From a virus (lineage: Duplodnaviria > Caudoviricetes), in IMG/VR virus record IMGVR_UViG_3300027994_000011, positions 1 through 39,370 of that record: a stretch of DNA of 39,370 nucleotides. The stretch is one strand, 5' to 3'. The notes beneath the pieces were generated by a model. That model was not told the DNA's origin, did not search any database, and saw nothing but the letters and a program-made list of their open reading frames with translations. A program made the translations under genes and the position numbers. Positions 7,186-14,893 of the stretch are shown piece after piece. The first letter of the stretch is position 1, and every line of letters starts with the position of its first letter.

Positions 7186-7710
7186 ATGAAAACTTGCACA
7201 AAATGTCTTATCCAAAAGTCGATTACGGATTTTTATCCGCTAGTCCATATGAAGGATGGGCATTTTTCTGCCTGCAAAGAATGTGTGAAAGCAAGGGTAA
7301 AGAAGCGTAGAGAAGAAAACATTGAATATGTAAGGGAATATGATAGGCGGCGTGGCGCTCTAGAGCATAGAAAAGAAAACAATCGAAAGGTTGCAGCTTT
7401 AAGAAAGCTAAATCCAGATAATGCAGAAAAAGACCGGGTAAGAACTTTAAAATGGAAAGAAAATAACCAAAAGAAAAGAGCTTGCCACGTTTTAGTTGGT
7501 CATGCGATCCGCTCCGGAAAGCTTATACAAAAAGACTGCGAAAAATGTGGGGAGAAAAAAGAGAAATATAAAATACATGCTCACCACGAGGACTATGACT
7601 ATCCGTTAGATGTTGTTTGGTTGTGTAGAAAATGTCATGGCGCTAGGCACAAAGAAATAAACGAGGAAAAAAGAAAAAATGAAGCCCTGCAAAACCTGTC
7701 ACACCGATAA
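7186..7710 (+). CDS. HNH-type endonuclease with N-terminal zinc finger
   Basis: CTKC..CKEC, then CEKCG...HAHHEDYDYPLDVVWLCRKCHGARH. Confidence 0.85.
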   Translation: MKTCTKCLIQKSITDFYPLVHMKDGHFSACKECVKARVKKRREENIEYVREYDRRRGALEHRKENNRKVAALRKLNPDNAEKDRVRTLKWKENNQKKRACHVLVGHAIRSGKLIQKDCEKCGEKKEKYKIHAHHEDYDYPLDVVWLCRKCHGARHKEINEEKRKNEALQNLSHR

Positions 7711-7790
7711 GAAGTTAAACGACTATTACGATGGTACGGGGAAATTCGGCAAAATGGGTGATTGTATTGACTGCTATAAGTTTAAAGTAA

Positions 7791-8156
7791 ATGCCAGACA
7801 TAAGAAAAACCGAAATGCTTCTGCCAAAGACTAAATACATCCGAGATAAACGACATCTGAAATTCATCAGCACATTGCCTTGTGTGGTAACGGGATCGAA
7901 TGAAGTTCAGGCTTCACATATCCGCTCTGGTATGGGTGGCATGGGCTTAAAAAGTGGTGACAACTGCGTTCTGCCCCTGAATTGGGAAGTTCATCAGCGC
8001 CAACACGCTATGGGATCAGAAGCGGCGTTTTGGGCAAAGTATGGCGGTATTGAGAAAGCTAAAGAGTTAGCTAATGCTCTATGGCTTCGTACTGGTCAGC
8101 GCGAAGAATGTTTAAAACTTATAACAAGGTTCCGCCGTGGCTTCATTCATTCTTAA
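7791..8156 (+). CDS. DUF968/Ref-like putative HNH nuclease
   Basis: RDKRHLKFISTLPCVVTG...ASHIR...GMGLKSGDNCVLPL...HQRQH. Confidence 0.8.
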   Translation: MPDIRKTEMLLPKTKYIRDKRHLKFISTLPCVVTGSNEVQASHIRSGMGGMGLKSGDNCVLPLNWEVHQRQHAMGSEAAFWAKYGGIEKAKELANALWLRTGQREECLKLITRFRRGFIHS

Positions 8157-8502
8157 ATCACCTGACGTTTTAAAGAACTGCATGATAGCCATTAGTAATT
8201 CTATGGGTCTTGTGGTGACAATCTCAAAGCCGACCAGAAGCAACACACAGAATGCTTACTACTGGAACATCCTAGAGATTATCAGCAAGGATCAGGGTGA
8301 CGATAAGGAGTCGCTTCATGACCAGCTAAAATGGTCAGTATTCGGCCCGGTCTACAAGGAATACAAAAACGAAACAATCGCCACGGTGAGAAGTTCTAGA
8401 GATTTGAGTAAGGAGGATTTCGGCAAACTTATAGAAGCTGCCATGACATTAGCTGCGTACCTGAATATTAAAATTCCAGCCAAGAGTTATTATGAAGGAT
8501 AA
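8137..8502 (+). CDS. ninB: NinB/Orf-family recombination mediator
   Basis: VTISKPTRSNTQNAYYW...LHDQLK...SSRDLSKEDFGKLIE. Confidence 0.85.
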   Translation: MASFILKSPDVLKNCMIAISNSMGLVVTISKPTRSNTQNAYYWNILEIISKDQGDDKESLHDQLKWSVFGPVYKEYKNETIATVRSSRDLSKEDFGKLIEAAMTLAAYLNIKIPAKSYYEG

Positions 8503-8507
8503 CTGAT

Positions 8508-8750
8508 ATGTTTATGCTTAAATCGACTCACAACAAGTACGTAAGAGAATTAGATTTTGCTCACGAGAGGCGCAGAATGGATCTGCTAATCGCTAAAGTT
8601 GACATCACTAATGTTATGAGGGAAAACAGGTTGCTACACAGCCAGATAGATAATCTAGAAAAGCAACTCAAAGAAGCCAAGCGCAGAGATAATAAAGGAC
8701 GATTCGTAACCCATAAGGACGTCATGGATGACTTTTTGACTAGATCATGA
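8508..8750 (+). CDS. hypothetical coiled-coil protein
   Basis: In operon; RRDNKGRFV motif. Confidence 0.65.
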   Translation: MFMLKSTHNKYVRELDFAHERRRMDLLIAKVDITNVMRENRLLHSQIDNLEKQLKEAKRRDNKGRFVTHKDVMDDFLTRS

Positions 8751-9100
8751 CCAGCACAATATATAATATTACCCCCTGCCCAGCGCCCCGAATGACTAAA
8801 AGCGACAAGTGGAAGCAACGGCCCAGAGTTATGCGTTATTTTGCATTCAGAGACCATGTAAAGGTTTTACGAATACATATACCAGAATACTGCCTAATTC
8901 GTTTTTGGGTTCCTATGCCAGCCTCTTGGAGCGCAAAGAAGAAAGCTCTTCATGTTGGTAAGCCTCACTTAGTCAAGCCTGATGTGGATAACTTATCTAA
9001 AGCATTATTCGATAGCGTATATCAATCAGACGCACATATTTGGAAACTCAACGCAGAAAAGGTTTGGAGCTATGAAGGAGCAATCGAAATTGAATATTAA
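8747..9100 (+). CDS. rusA: RusA-family Holliday junction resolvase
   Basis: PCPAPRMT...PMPASWS..KK...KPDVDNLSKALFDS...DAHIW...K. Confidence 0.92.
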   Translation: MTSTIYNITPCPAPRMTKSDKWKQRPRVMRYFAFRDHVKVLRIHIPEYCLIRFWVPMPASWSAKKKALHVGKPHLVKPDVDNLSKALFDSVYQSDAHIWKLNAEKVWSYEGAIEIEY

Positions 9101-9225
9101 ATGGGATAACGTTAAACCCTTGAAGAAAAAAGAGATCGACCGCTTAGCTGTTACGCTAAGCAAAATTGTATCCTTGGATAAGATCAAGAAATAATCCCCG
9201 GTAGTCGTGTAACGGTGGAGATAGC

Positions 9226-9432
9226 TTAAATACCCTCTTTATCAGGTAAATATTTCACTTGTGAACGAAGTAAAACCCTAAAGCGAGAAACACAATATTC
9301 TAAATCTGCCAATTCGTGTGGATGGAACGAGTATAAAATTTCTTCATCGTTGTATTTCAATTTTACCCATTGCGGGCTTCCATCTGTATATGCTTGTAAA
9401 GCAAACCTGCCTCCAGTTATTTCTACTCTCAC
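9226..9432 (-). CDS. hypothetical protein
   Basis: GTG start overlapping upstream stop. Confidence 0.55.
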   Translation of the reverse strand: MRVEITGGRFALQAYTDGSPQWVKLKYNDEEILYSFHPHELADLEYCVSRFRVLLRSQVKYLPDKEGI

Positions 9433-9551
9433 TTATCCCACTCCATATAAATAGCATCAATCAAATTATCATTCGCAGCCATTGGCCTAATCAACCTCAC
9501 AACCGGAGGCGTGAATAACTTGGCTAGGCGGGACATTGAGGATTCTATCAT
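9429..9551 (-). CDS. 40-aa peptide containing AANDN
   Basis: Manual translation MIESSMSRLAKLFTPPVVRLIRPMAANDNLIDAIYMEWDK; ATGA/GTGA coupling at both ends. Confidence 0.6.
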   Translation of the reverse strand: MIESSMSRLAKLFTPPVVRLIRPMAANDNLIDAIYMEWDK

Positions 9552-9805
9552 GCGAACACCATTATTAAAACGCCCGTTAATATTAAATAAATGAAAGCGG
9601 CGATTAGTGGCGCACCAGTATATTCAAACCAATCAATTGATTTTATCACTAATGCCGCGATACCACCCATCCAAAGAACAGTTATTATAATAGTCATGCC
9701 AAGTTCATTGCCGGAAATATCAGAGGTTTCGCAAAACTTTTTACCTTCTTGAACAATGCACTCGATTGTTCTTGTGGTTTGTACTGGTATAATCATAGTT
9801 GTCAT
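9548..9805 (-). CDS. two-TM membrane protein
   Basis: Two hydrophobic segments; RBS GAGG. Confidence 0.65.
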   Translation of the reverse strand: MTTMIIPVQTTRTIECIVQEGKKFCETSDISGNELGMTIIITVLWMGGIAALVIKSIDWFEYTGAPLIAAFIYLILTGVLIMVFA

Positions 9806-10094
9806 CTATTCCTCCACTATCGGCACGTCTTTCCAAACGTGTCCGCTGAATTGTTGTAATACGTAAGATTTGTTATCCGCTGGGTTGCGCATGATTAAGC
9901 CCTCATGGGCTGGGAGAACAGTAACTTTCCATCTCAAGTCACCTTTTTGTGGTGCGTGTTCGGTCATTTCAACCACCAGTTCATAGCCAGCAATAAAAAG
10001 TTTATGATTGTAAAGGCCATGTTCATGGCAATTCTTTCCTCAATCCAATTAAGGTGACTTGGCAGCCTCATTAGGTCGTAGCTTTCAAACAGTT

Positions 10095-10244
10095 TCATTT
10101 CTTCGCCTTTCTATTCATTAAGACAAATCTAATATGAGAAGATAAAGACCTGTCGGCGGACTTGGCCTCTAGCTCTAGTTTCTTCTTTTCTGCCTTATTA
10201 TATCGCGTTGTAGGCAAAACCGCGTCTAGTTTAATTTCATCCAT
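10095..10244 (-). CDS. Arc/MobC-like ribbon-helix-helix regulator (49 aa)
   Basis: Manual translation ...TTRYNKAEKKKLELEAKSADRSLSSHIRFVL...; RBS AGGAG; first gene after promoter. Confidence 0.7.
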   Translation of the reverse strand: MDEIKLDAVLPTTRYNKAEKKKLELEAKSADRSLSSHIRFVLMNRKAKK

Positions 10245-10266
10245 TTATTAATCTCCTATTATGGTC

Positions 10267-10339
10267 AATTTAACTTGTAAATATTTTATTGTCAACATGT
10301 AATTTATTTGTTGACACTCGTTTTACCCTGTGGCACTGT
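10267..10339. promoter_or_regulatory. Divergent promoter pair 2 with back-to-back -35 boxes
   Basis: TGTCAACA-N11-TGTTGACA (10290-10316); minus TTGACA-17-TAAATT; plus TTGACA-17-CACTGT with extended TG. Confidence 0.7.
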
Positions 10340-10361
10340 AAATTCATAGGAGCAACAAACC

Positions 10362-10625
10362 ATGCCACGTAGATTTGACGACCTGATATTAGAGAGCAAC
10401 GAAAAATACCAAATAACCATTACGCTCAATGAGAATAATGAGCTTGCATCGGTTGCTTATGAAGATGACGATATAAGCATGTTTGATGATTGCGGTCAGA
10501 CTACATGGGGCGGTGGCGGCAAGGTAACTCCAGACAACACATGGAATAACGATTACTTGGTTGATGGTCGCCGGGCTGGTGACATCGTTGATGAACTACT
10601 GAAGATGGAGAATATTAATGGATAA
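10362..10625 (+). CDS. acidic hypothetical protein
   Basis: RBS AGGAG; first gene of plus-strand early operon. Confidence 0.7.
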   Translation: MPRRFDDLILESNEKYQITITLNENNELASVAYEDDDISMFDDCGQTTWGGGGKVTPDNTWNNDYLVDGRRAGDIVDELLKMENING

Positions 10626-10857
10626 ATCAGGAAGCGCTTTTCCGATAAAGGAAAGAATGCCTTACTCACAAATGAGTGGAGGAAGTTGTGTTCAATACTG
10701 TTATAAGGCCGGTGAACCGGGATTAACCAAGCGTGAATATTTTGCAGCGGCTGCTCTACAGGGGATTTTGGCTAAAGATGGATGGTACCCCGGTGTCGCC
10801 GACGAAGTTTATGCTATCGCAGATGCAATGATAGCCGCAGGAGAAAACAATGACTGA
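10618..10857 (+). CDS. conserved small phage protein
   Basis: GSAFP...GLTKREYFAAAALQGILA...YAIADAMIAA, a widespread phage motif. Confidence 0.8.
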   Translation: MDKSGSAFPIKERMPYSQMSGGSCVQYCYKAGEPGLTKREYFAAAALQGILAKDGWYPGVADEVYAIADAMIAAGENND

Positions 10858-10899
10858 CTTCGACCTAACCGACTGGATAACCCGTAGAGGAATGATGAG

Positions 10900-11127
10900 A
10901 TGAAAATAAGATCGTGGAAACCGCCAGAGGAAAATCACTTAGGGTCGTACGAAATATTTCATCAGGATGGCGAATATATTGCCACGGCTTTAAATAAAAC
11001 TGATGCTGATCTGATAGCGGCTGCACCTGATTTGCTTGAGGCACTAAAGAATCTTCATGCTTTTAACAGCGTTAAAAACTTAACGCGAGCTTATGAAGTT
11101 ATCGCCAAAGCCGAAGGTAAATCATGA
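10900..11127 (+). CDS. conserved small phage protein
   Basis: ADLIAAAPDLLEALK...IAKAEG motif. Confidence 0.8.
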   Translation: MKIRSWKPPEENHLGSYEIFHQDGEYIATALNKTDADLIAAAPDLLEALKNLHAFNSVKNLTRAYEVIAKAEGKS

Positions 11128-11237
11128 CCCATTTCAAACAACACAAAGACACCGTGATATTCGGCATCGTGGTTATCGTCGCATTAGTGGCTTCTATCCG
11201 TTTGGTTTTAACTCTGGTTTGGGAATGGGTGAATTGA
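11124..11237 (+). CDS. 37-aa single-TM peptide
   Basis: MTHFKQHKDTVIFGIVVIVALVASIRLVLTLVWEWVN; coupled at both ends. Confidence 0.55.
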   Translation: MTHFKQHKDTVIFGIVVIVALVASIRLVLTLVWEWVN

Positions 11238-11425
11238 TGGAAAAGATAATTGAATTTATTATAAGGTTTTTCTTATCAGGTATTCTAATATTGACAGCTG
11301 TGGGAATTTTCGCATTTCTTCAAATGGTTGTTGAGAAGGCTTGGGGCAAAAAGGCGAATTATATATTTACTGTAATAGTTTTTCTGAGTGTATTGGCTTA
11401 TTCAGTTATAGGAGACATGAAATGA
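11237..11425 (+). CDS. two-TM small membrane protein
   Basis: Start re-set to ATG 11237 (TGATG overlap). Confidence 0.6.
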   Translation: MEKIIEFIIRFFLSGILILTAVGIFAFLQMVVEKAWGKKANYIFTVIVFLSVLAYSVIGDMK

Positions 11426-11559
11426 AAACAACAATCACAATCGCCCTCGTTGCATCGGTGTTATCAGGTGTGATGGGTTGGTATACCAGAGAGTATATCA
11501 TGTACAAACACTATTACGAAACAACACAGAACGCGGCGATTAGGCCGATACCACAATAG
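11422..11559 (+). CDS. single-TM peptide
   Basis: ATGA overlap, RBS AGGAG, MKTTITIALVASVLSGVMGW. Confidence 0.55.
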   Translation: MKTTITIALVASVLSGVMGWYTREYIMYKHYYETTQNAAIRPIPQ

Positions 11560-11572
11560 TTGAAGGGATTAA

Positions 11573-11755
11573 GTGATGAAAATAGTAACAGATTATTGGA
11601 TGAAACCTATTCCGGTTAGAGACTTTGACTGGTCTGCAACTGTAGATAATTATGAAGCCGGAGACCCTATTGGATATGGGGAGACAGAATCAAAAGCAAA
11701 AGCAGATTTAATGTCAATGATTGTGACCCCGATAGAAACGATGGAGGAGAGATAG
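11573..11755 (+). CDS. hypothetical phage protein
   Basis: PIPVRDFDWSA...GYGETE..A motif. Confidence 0.7.
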   Translation: MMKIVTDYWMKPIPVRDFDWSATVDNYEAGDPIGYGETESKAKADLMSMIVTPIETMEER

Positions 11756-12085
11756 ATGAGTGATTTTATTAAGAAGCCCTGCGCTCAATGCCCGTATAGA
11801 AAAGATGTAAAGCCTTTTCTCACTCCAGAAAGAGGCGAGGACTTAGCTTATGCCGCTCAAAATCCTTACAATAATTTTTACTGCCATAAAACATTGGAAG
11901 ATTCAGACGATGATGACGGTGGTCTTGAAATTAGCAACGGTTCAAAAGTTTGCGCTGGATTTTTGACTTTGCAGCATAACGAGAATGGGAAAACATTTTA
12001 TGATTCTGAAGGTTTCCAACCTAGTGAAAATGTTTATTCAGATGCTTATGAGATGTCAGATGCATATGCAGGAGATGAAGCATGA
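11756..12085 (+). CDS. Cys/His metal-binding protein (DUF6283-like)
   Basis: PCAQCPYRKD...FYCHKT...VCAGFL. Confidence 0.65.
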   Translation: MSDFIKKPCAQCPYRKDVKPFLTPERGEDLAYAAQNPYNNFYCHKTLEDSDDDDGGLEISNGSKVCAGFLTLQHNENGKTFYDSEGFQPSENVYSDAYEMSDAYAGDEA

Positions 12086-12372
12086 CCCCGCTCAAAGATT
12101 TACTCGCGCTGGCGGAGGCCGCTCTTGACTCTTCAATTGGCGGGTTGGAATATACCTCCCGTAATCATTCATTCCGCGCCGCCGCAAATCCCGCGCAGAT
12201 CATCGCCATGTGCAAGGCATTGGATTTGGCAAGGGAGGCTTTGGAGTTTTATGCAGGAAATTCAAAAGGCCCATACGTACAGCAAAGCCCATCAGAAGTT
12301 TGGTATGGAAATGATAGCGGGAATAAAGCTAGATCAACCATCGCCGCTATAAATGCGATTGGTGGCGAGTGA
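12082..12372 (+). CDS. Ead/Ea22-like protein
   Basis: LLALAEAA...FRAAANPAQIIAM...REALEFYA. Confidence 0.6.
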   Translation: MTPLKDLLALAEAALDSSIGGLEYTSRNHSFRAAANPAQIIAMCKALDLAREALEFYAGNSKGPYVQQSPSEVWYGNDSGNKARSTIAAINAIGGE

Positions 12373-12632
12373 TGCCTTATCCTCAATACAAAGGTCCAAA
12401 TAAACCAGACAAAGGACATGAAAGCGGAAGTTGCAACCGCACACATTGTCAGGACAGTCCGGCAAGGTGGTGGAACCACGGAAGCCGTTCATGGTATTGC
12501 GACAATTGCCGCAAAGAGATTGAATTTGATGAAGTCAATTATCGTGACTGGCTTTTGAATTTCCGTCCAAAACACGGACACCCAATGTTTGAAACACGCG
12601 AAATGATGAACAAGAGAGGCGAAACCGAATGA
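12369..12632 (+). CDS. zinc-binding hypothetical protein
   Basis: DKG...GSCNRTHCQ...WWNHG...YCDNC. Confidence 0.7.
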   Translation: MMPYPQYKGPNKPDKGHESGSCNRTHCQDSPARWWNHGSRSWYCDNCRKEIEFDEVNYRDWLLNFRPKHGHPMFETREMMNKRGETE

Positions 12633-12877
12633 CCCATTTGACCAGAGAGCGCGTGAAGGCAGCAATTGATGAACTGCCAGAAAAATATCAAGGCAATGCG
12701 TCTTGGTATTTAGACCGCAATAACGAAACAATCCGCCAAGCCCTATCAGAGCGCGGCAAGCTTTTGGAGTGCATACGGGATTTGGCGCAGGAAATTAAAT
12801 GGCTTTCAGAGACATCCATATTCCCTGAAAAACACGCTGACGCCATCGCCCTCGCGCGGGAAAGCGGGGAAAAATGA
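12629..12877 (+). CDS. hypothetical phage protein
   Basis: ATGA overlaps. Confidence 0.65.
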   Translation: MTHLTRERVKAAIDELPEKYQGNASWYLDRNNETIRQALSERGKLLECIRDLAQEIKWLSETSIFPEKHADAIALARESGEK

Positions 12878-13032
12878 CCGAAGAATTTGACGATTACGAC
12901 GACGATGAGCCGGGATATTGCCATAGATGCAGCAACACCAGATGGGTTACTTGTCACTGCGGCGGCGATCTTTGCTTCTGTGAAAACCACGGTGCCGCGC
13001 CATGCCCTTTATGTAACCCATGCGGAGATTGA
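12874..13032 (+). CDS. 52-aa Cys-rich miniprotein
   Basis: Manual translation MTEEFDDYDDDEPGYCHRCSNTRWVTCHCGGDLCFCENHGAAPCPLCNPCGD; ATGA overlap. Confidence 0.7.
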   Translation: MTEEFDDYDDDEPGYCHRCSNTRWVTCHCGGDLCFCENHGAAPCPLCNPCGD

Positions 13033-13033
13033 A

Positions 13034-13714
13034 ATGACACAAGACAAGCCTGATGCCGTGATGCCGGATAAATTCCTAACGCCGTTCTGCGGAAGATGTG
13101 ACGAACATTTGGTAAATTGTATTTGCCCGAAGAAAAAATCAACACCAAAATATGAAAGCCCTATCCCGCCGCAAGCCGATCAAAGCGCGTTGGAAGAATT
13201 TGACTGGCTCTGTAAAAATGGAAGCTGGCCCAACGGATCAGCCGAACGAATGGCTCAGGCTGATAAGATTATAACTGCCGCCCTTGCCGTTGCGCCTGTC
13301 GATGTTGAGACTTTGAAACGGGAAATCGTTGAAATCCTGAAAACCGAACATTGTATGATTGAAGAATATCAGGCCGAGAAAATTGCTGACTACCTTGCCA
13401 AGCGCAGACTAATCACCTCGCAGAGTGCGGAGGTGAGCGGGGATGCAGAAGAGTGTTCAGGGTATAGCGAAGAATATGTGCCAGATGTCGATGCTTATTA
13501 TTTAAACAAGCATTACAGTAATGGATGGAGACTATTTGCACTATCTCCTCACACACATAAGAAAATTCAGACGGCATTATCAGCCCCGGCGGTTTCGGAT
13601 GAGGAACGGGCGGCGGCTAAGATATGCTTTGAAGAAATTATAAATGATTTACCGTCACCGACCAAGCATTACGCAAATATTGAAACAATCCGCAAATTAT
13701 TAGAGGCGAAATAA
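13034..13714 (+). CDS. mosaic hypothetical phage protein
   Basis: Start re-set to ATG 13034 after GGAG; CGRC..C.C motif. Confidence 0.7.
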   Translation: MTQDKPDAVMPDKFLTPFCGRCDEHLVNCICPKKKSTPKYESPIPPQADQSALEEFDWLCKNGSWPNGSAERMAQADKIITAALAVAPVDVETLKREIVEILKTEHCMIEEYQAEKIADYLAKRRLITSQSAEVSGDAEECSGYSEEYVPDVDAYYLNKHYSNGWRLFALSPHTHKKIQTALSAPAVSDEERAAAKICFEEIINDLPSPTKHYANIETIRKLLEAK

Positions 13715-13848
13715 TGAACTTAAACATAATCCTATTATTCATTGGAATAAGCCTGATTATAGCTTGCTTGCCATCGTGTGAGCAACACCATGCGGGAACC
13801 TACATTCCTGAAGGAAATGGCAGCTTTATGGAGGAAGAATACGAATGA
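13714..13848 (+). CDS. small putative lipoprotein/TM peptide
   Basis: MNLNIILLFIGISLIIACLPSC...; TAATG and ATGA coupling. Confidence 0.5.
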   Translation: MNLNIILLFIGISLIIACLPSCEQHHAGTYIPEGNGSFMEEEYE

Positions 13849-14042
13849 GCGATAAAGTAGAATTTACACAATGCGAGCCCTTAAATAAAGAAGGTTATTT
13901 GTTTTATACCCCGCCTGAGAAATCGGCCTATACGTGGGAAATAATGAATTTCGGGTACAACCCTCTAAAGAAAGACGAGCCAAACTGGTTCCGCCGCAAG
14001 ATGATGGAATTGTTCTTTGGTGGCAAGTGGGTGAAGAAATGA
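13845..14042 (+). CDS. hypothetical phage protein
   Basis: PNWFRRKMMELFFGGKW motif; coupled at both ends. Confidence 0.7.
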   Translation: MSDKVEFTQCEPLNKEGYLFYTPPEKSAYTWEIMNFGYNPLKKDEPNWFRRKMMELFFGGKWVKK

Positions 14043-14482
14043 TCCCCTATACAGAAGCAGAAGACAACCTGATTAAGCTACTACGCTCCCAAGGCGTTCC
14101 GGCAGTGGAAATTGCCCAAAGGCTCAACGTACAATTCCACAACAGGAGAACCAAGCTAAGCGTTCTCGGTCGCGCCAGAAGAATAGGATGTGCGCCTATA
14201 ACCAGAGATGAACAGGGGTTGAACGGCAAAATACAAACCCGATACCACAATGACGGGAATTACACGAAACCAGTGGCGATCCCGGTTAATACGGGCGAGG
14301 GTATTAGTATATTATCTCTTACTGAAAATACCTGTAGATACATCACGGATGACGAGAAGAGGTTATATTGCGGCTGCAAAATATACAGGCCGGATAATAT
14401 TAAAACCCGCCAGAGCTATTGCAAGAAGCACAGAGAAGCTTGCTTTCAGAAAAATAGTGGGGTAAAATTGCATTCTGTTTGA
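14039..14482 (+). CDS. gcrA: GcrA cell-cycle regulator homologue
   Basis: N-term YTEAEDNLIKLLRSQG..AVEIAQRL...TKLSVLGRARRIG and C-term ILSLTENTCRY...YCG...SYCKKH...FQ match both GcrA domains; ATG 14039. Confidence 0.88.
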   Translation: MIPYTEAEDNLIKLLRSQGVPAVEIAQRLNVQFHNRRTKLSVLGRARRIGCAPITRDEQGLNGKIQTRYHNDGNYTKPVAIPVNTGEGISILSLTENTCRYITDDEKRLYCGCKIYRPDNIKTRQSYCKKHREACFQKNSGVKLHSV

Positions 14483-14488
14483 GTACAT

Positions 14489-14891
14489 TTTCTGTTCCCC
14501 CAGAAATCCCAGTCATTGAATCAACGGTTAGTGAGATTTCCGGGTAGTTTGGTGACTGGGAACCTTTCTTGCGATATTGTGTTGCTCGGCACAATATCGT
14601 TGGACAGGATAAAAAGCATTATTATAGTAATGCGGTTCGGGTTCGATTCCCGACTCGACGATTTATTCGGCTATAACCGGGTTAATCATAATTGAGATTT
14701 TAGGAAACCAAATCCTGTCCAACCTTTCTTTATGTAACCAGTTAGCATTCCCCTGCCAGGCTGGTTACTTATGGACAGGCAGACGGACAAGGCTTTGGCA
14801 TGTAAGCCGGTAGATTGTGAAAAATGAGAGGTACGCCTCTAAGCATTTGAAAGCGATAAATCGTGGGTAGCGAGTGGTCTAGCCCTGTCTA
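14489..14891 (+). ncRNA. Array of structured RNA modules including a T-arm-bearing tRNA-like element
   Basis: Back-to-back stems with plus-strand G-U polarity; T-arm TCGGG-TTCGATT-CCCGA (14637-14653); repeated TGGACAGG..CCTGTCYAAC and AACCTTTCTT. Confidence 0.7.
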
Positions 14892-14893
14892 AC

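Noticed and set aside
9465-9479. tmRNA gene fragment or attP
   Set aside because: Only the AANDN codons match; no tRNA-like tmRNA ends and no integrase
14599-14723. Canonical tRNA gene suggested by GGTTCGATTCCC
   Set aside because: No D-arm and anticodon arm in tRNA order upstream of the T-arm and no acceptor end with CCA; kept only as tRNA-like
14489-14891. CRISPR mini-array
   Set aside because: Repeats are only 8-10 nt with irregular, structured inserts; no cas genes
14772-14891. Hammerhead or twister ribozyme
   Set aside because: No CUGANGA/GAAA core or twister consensus recognised
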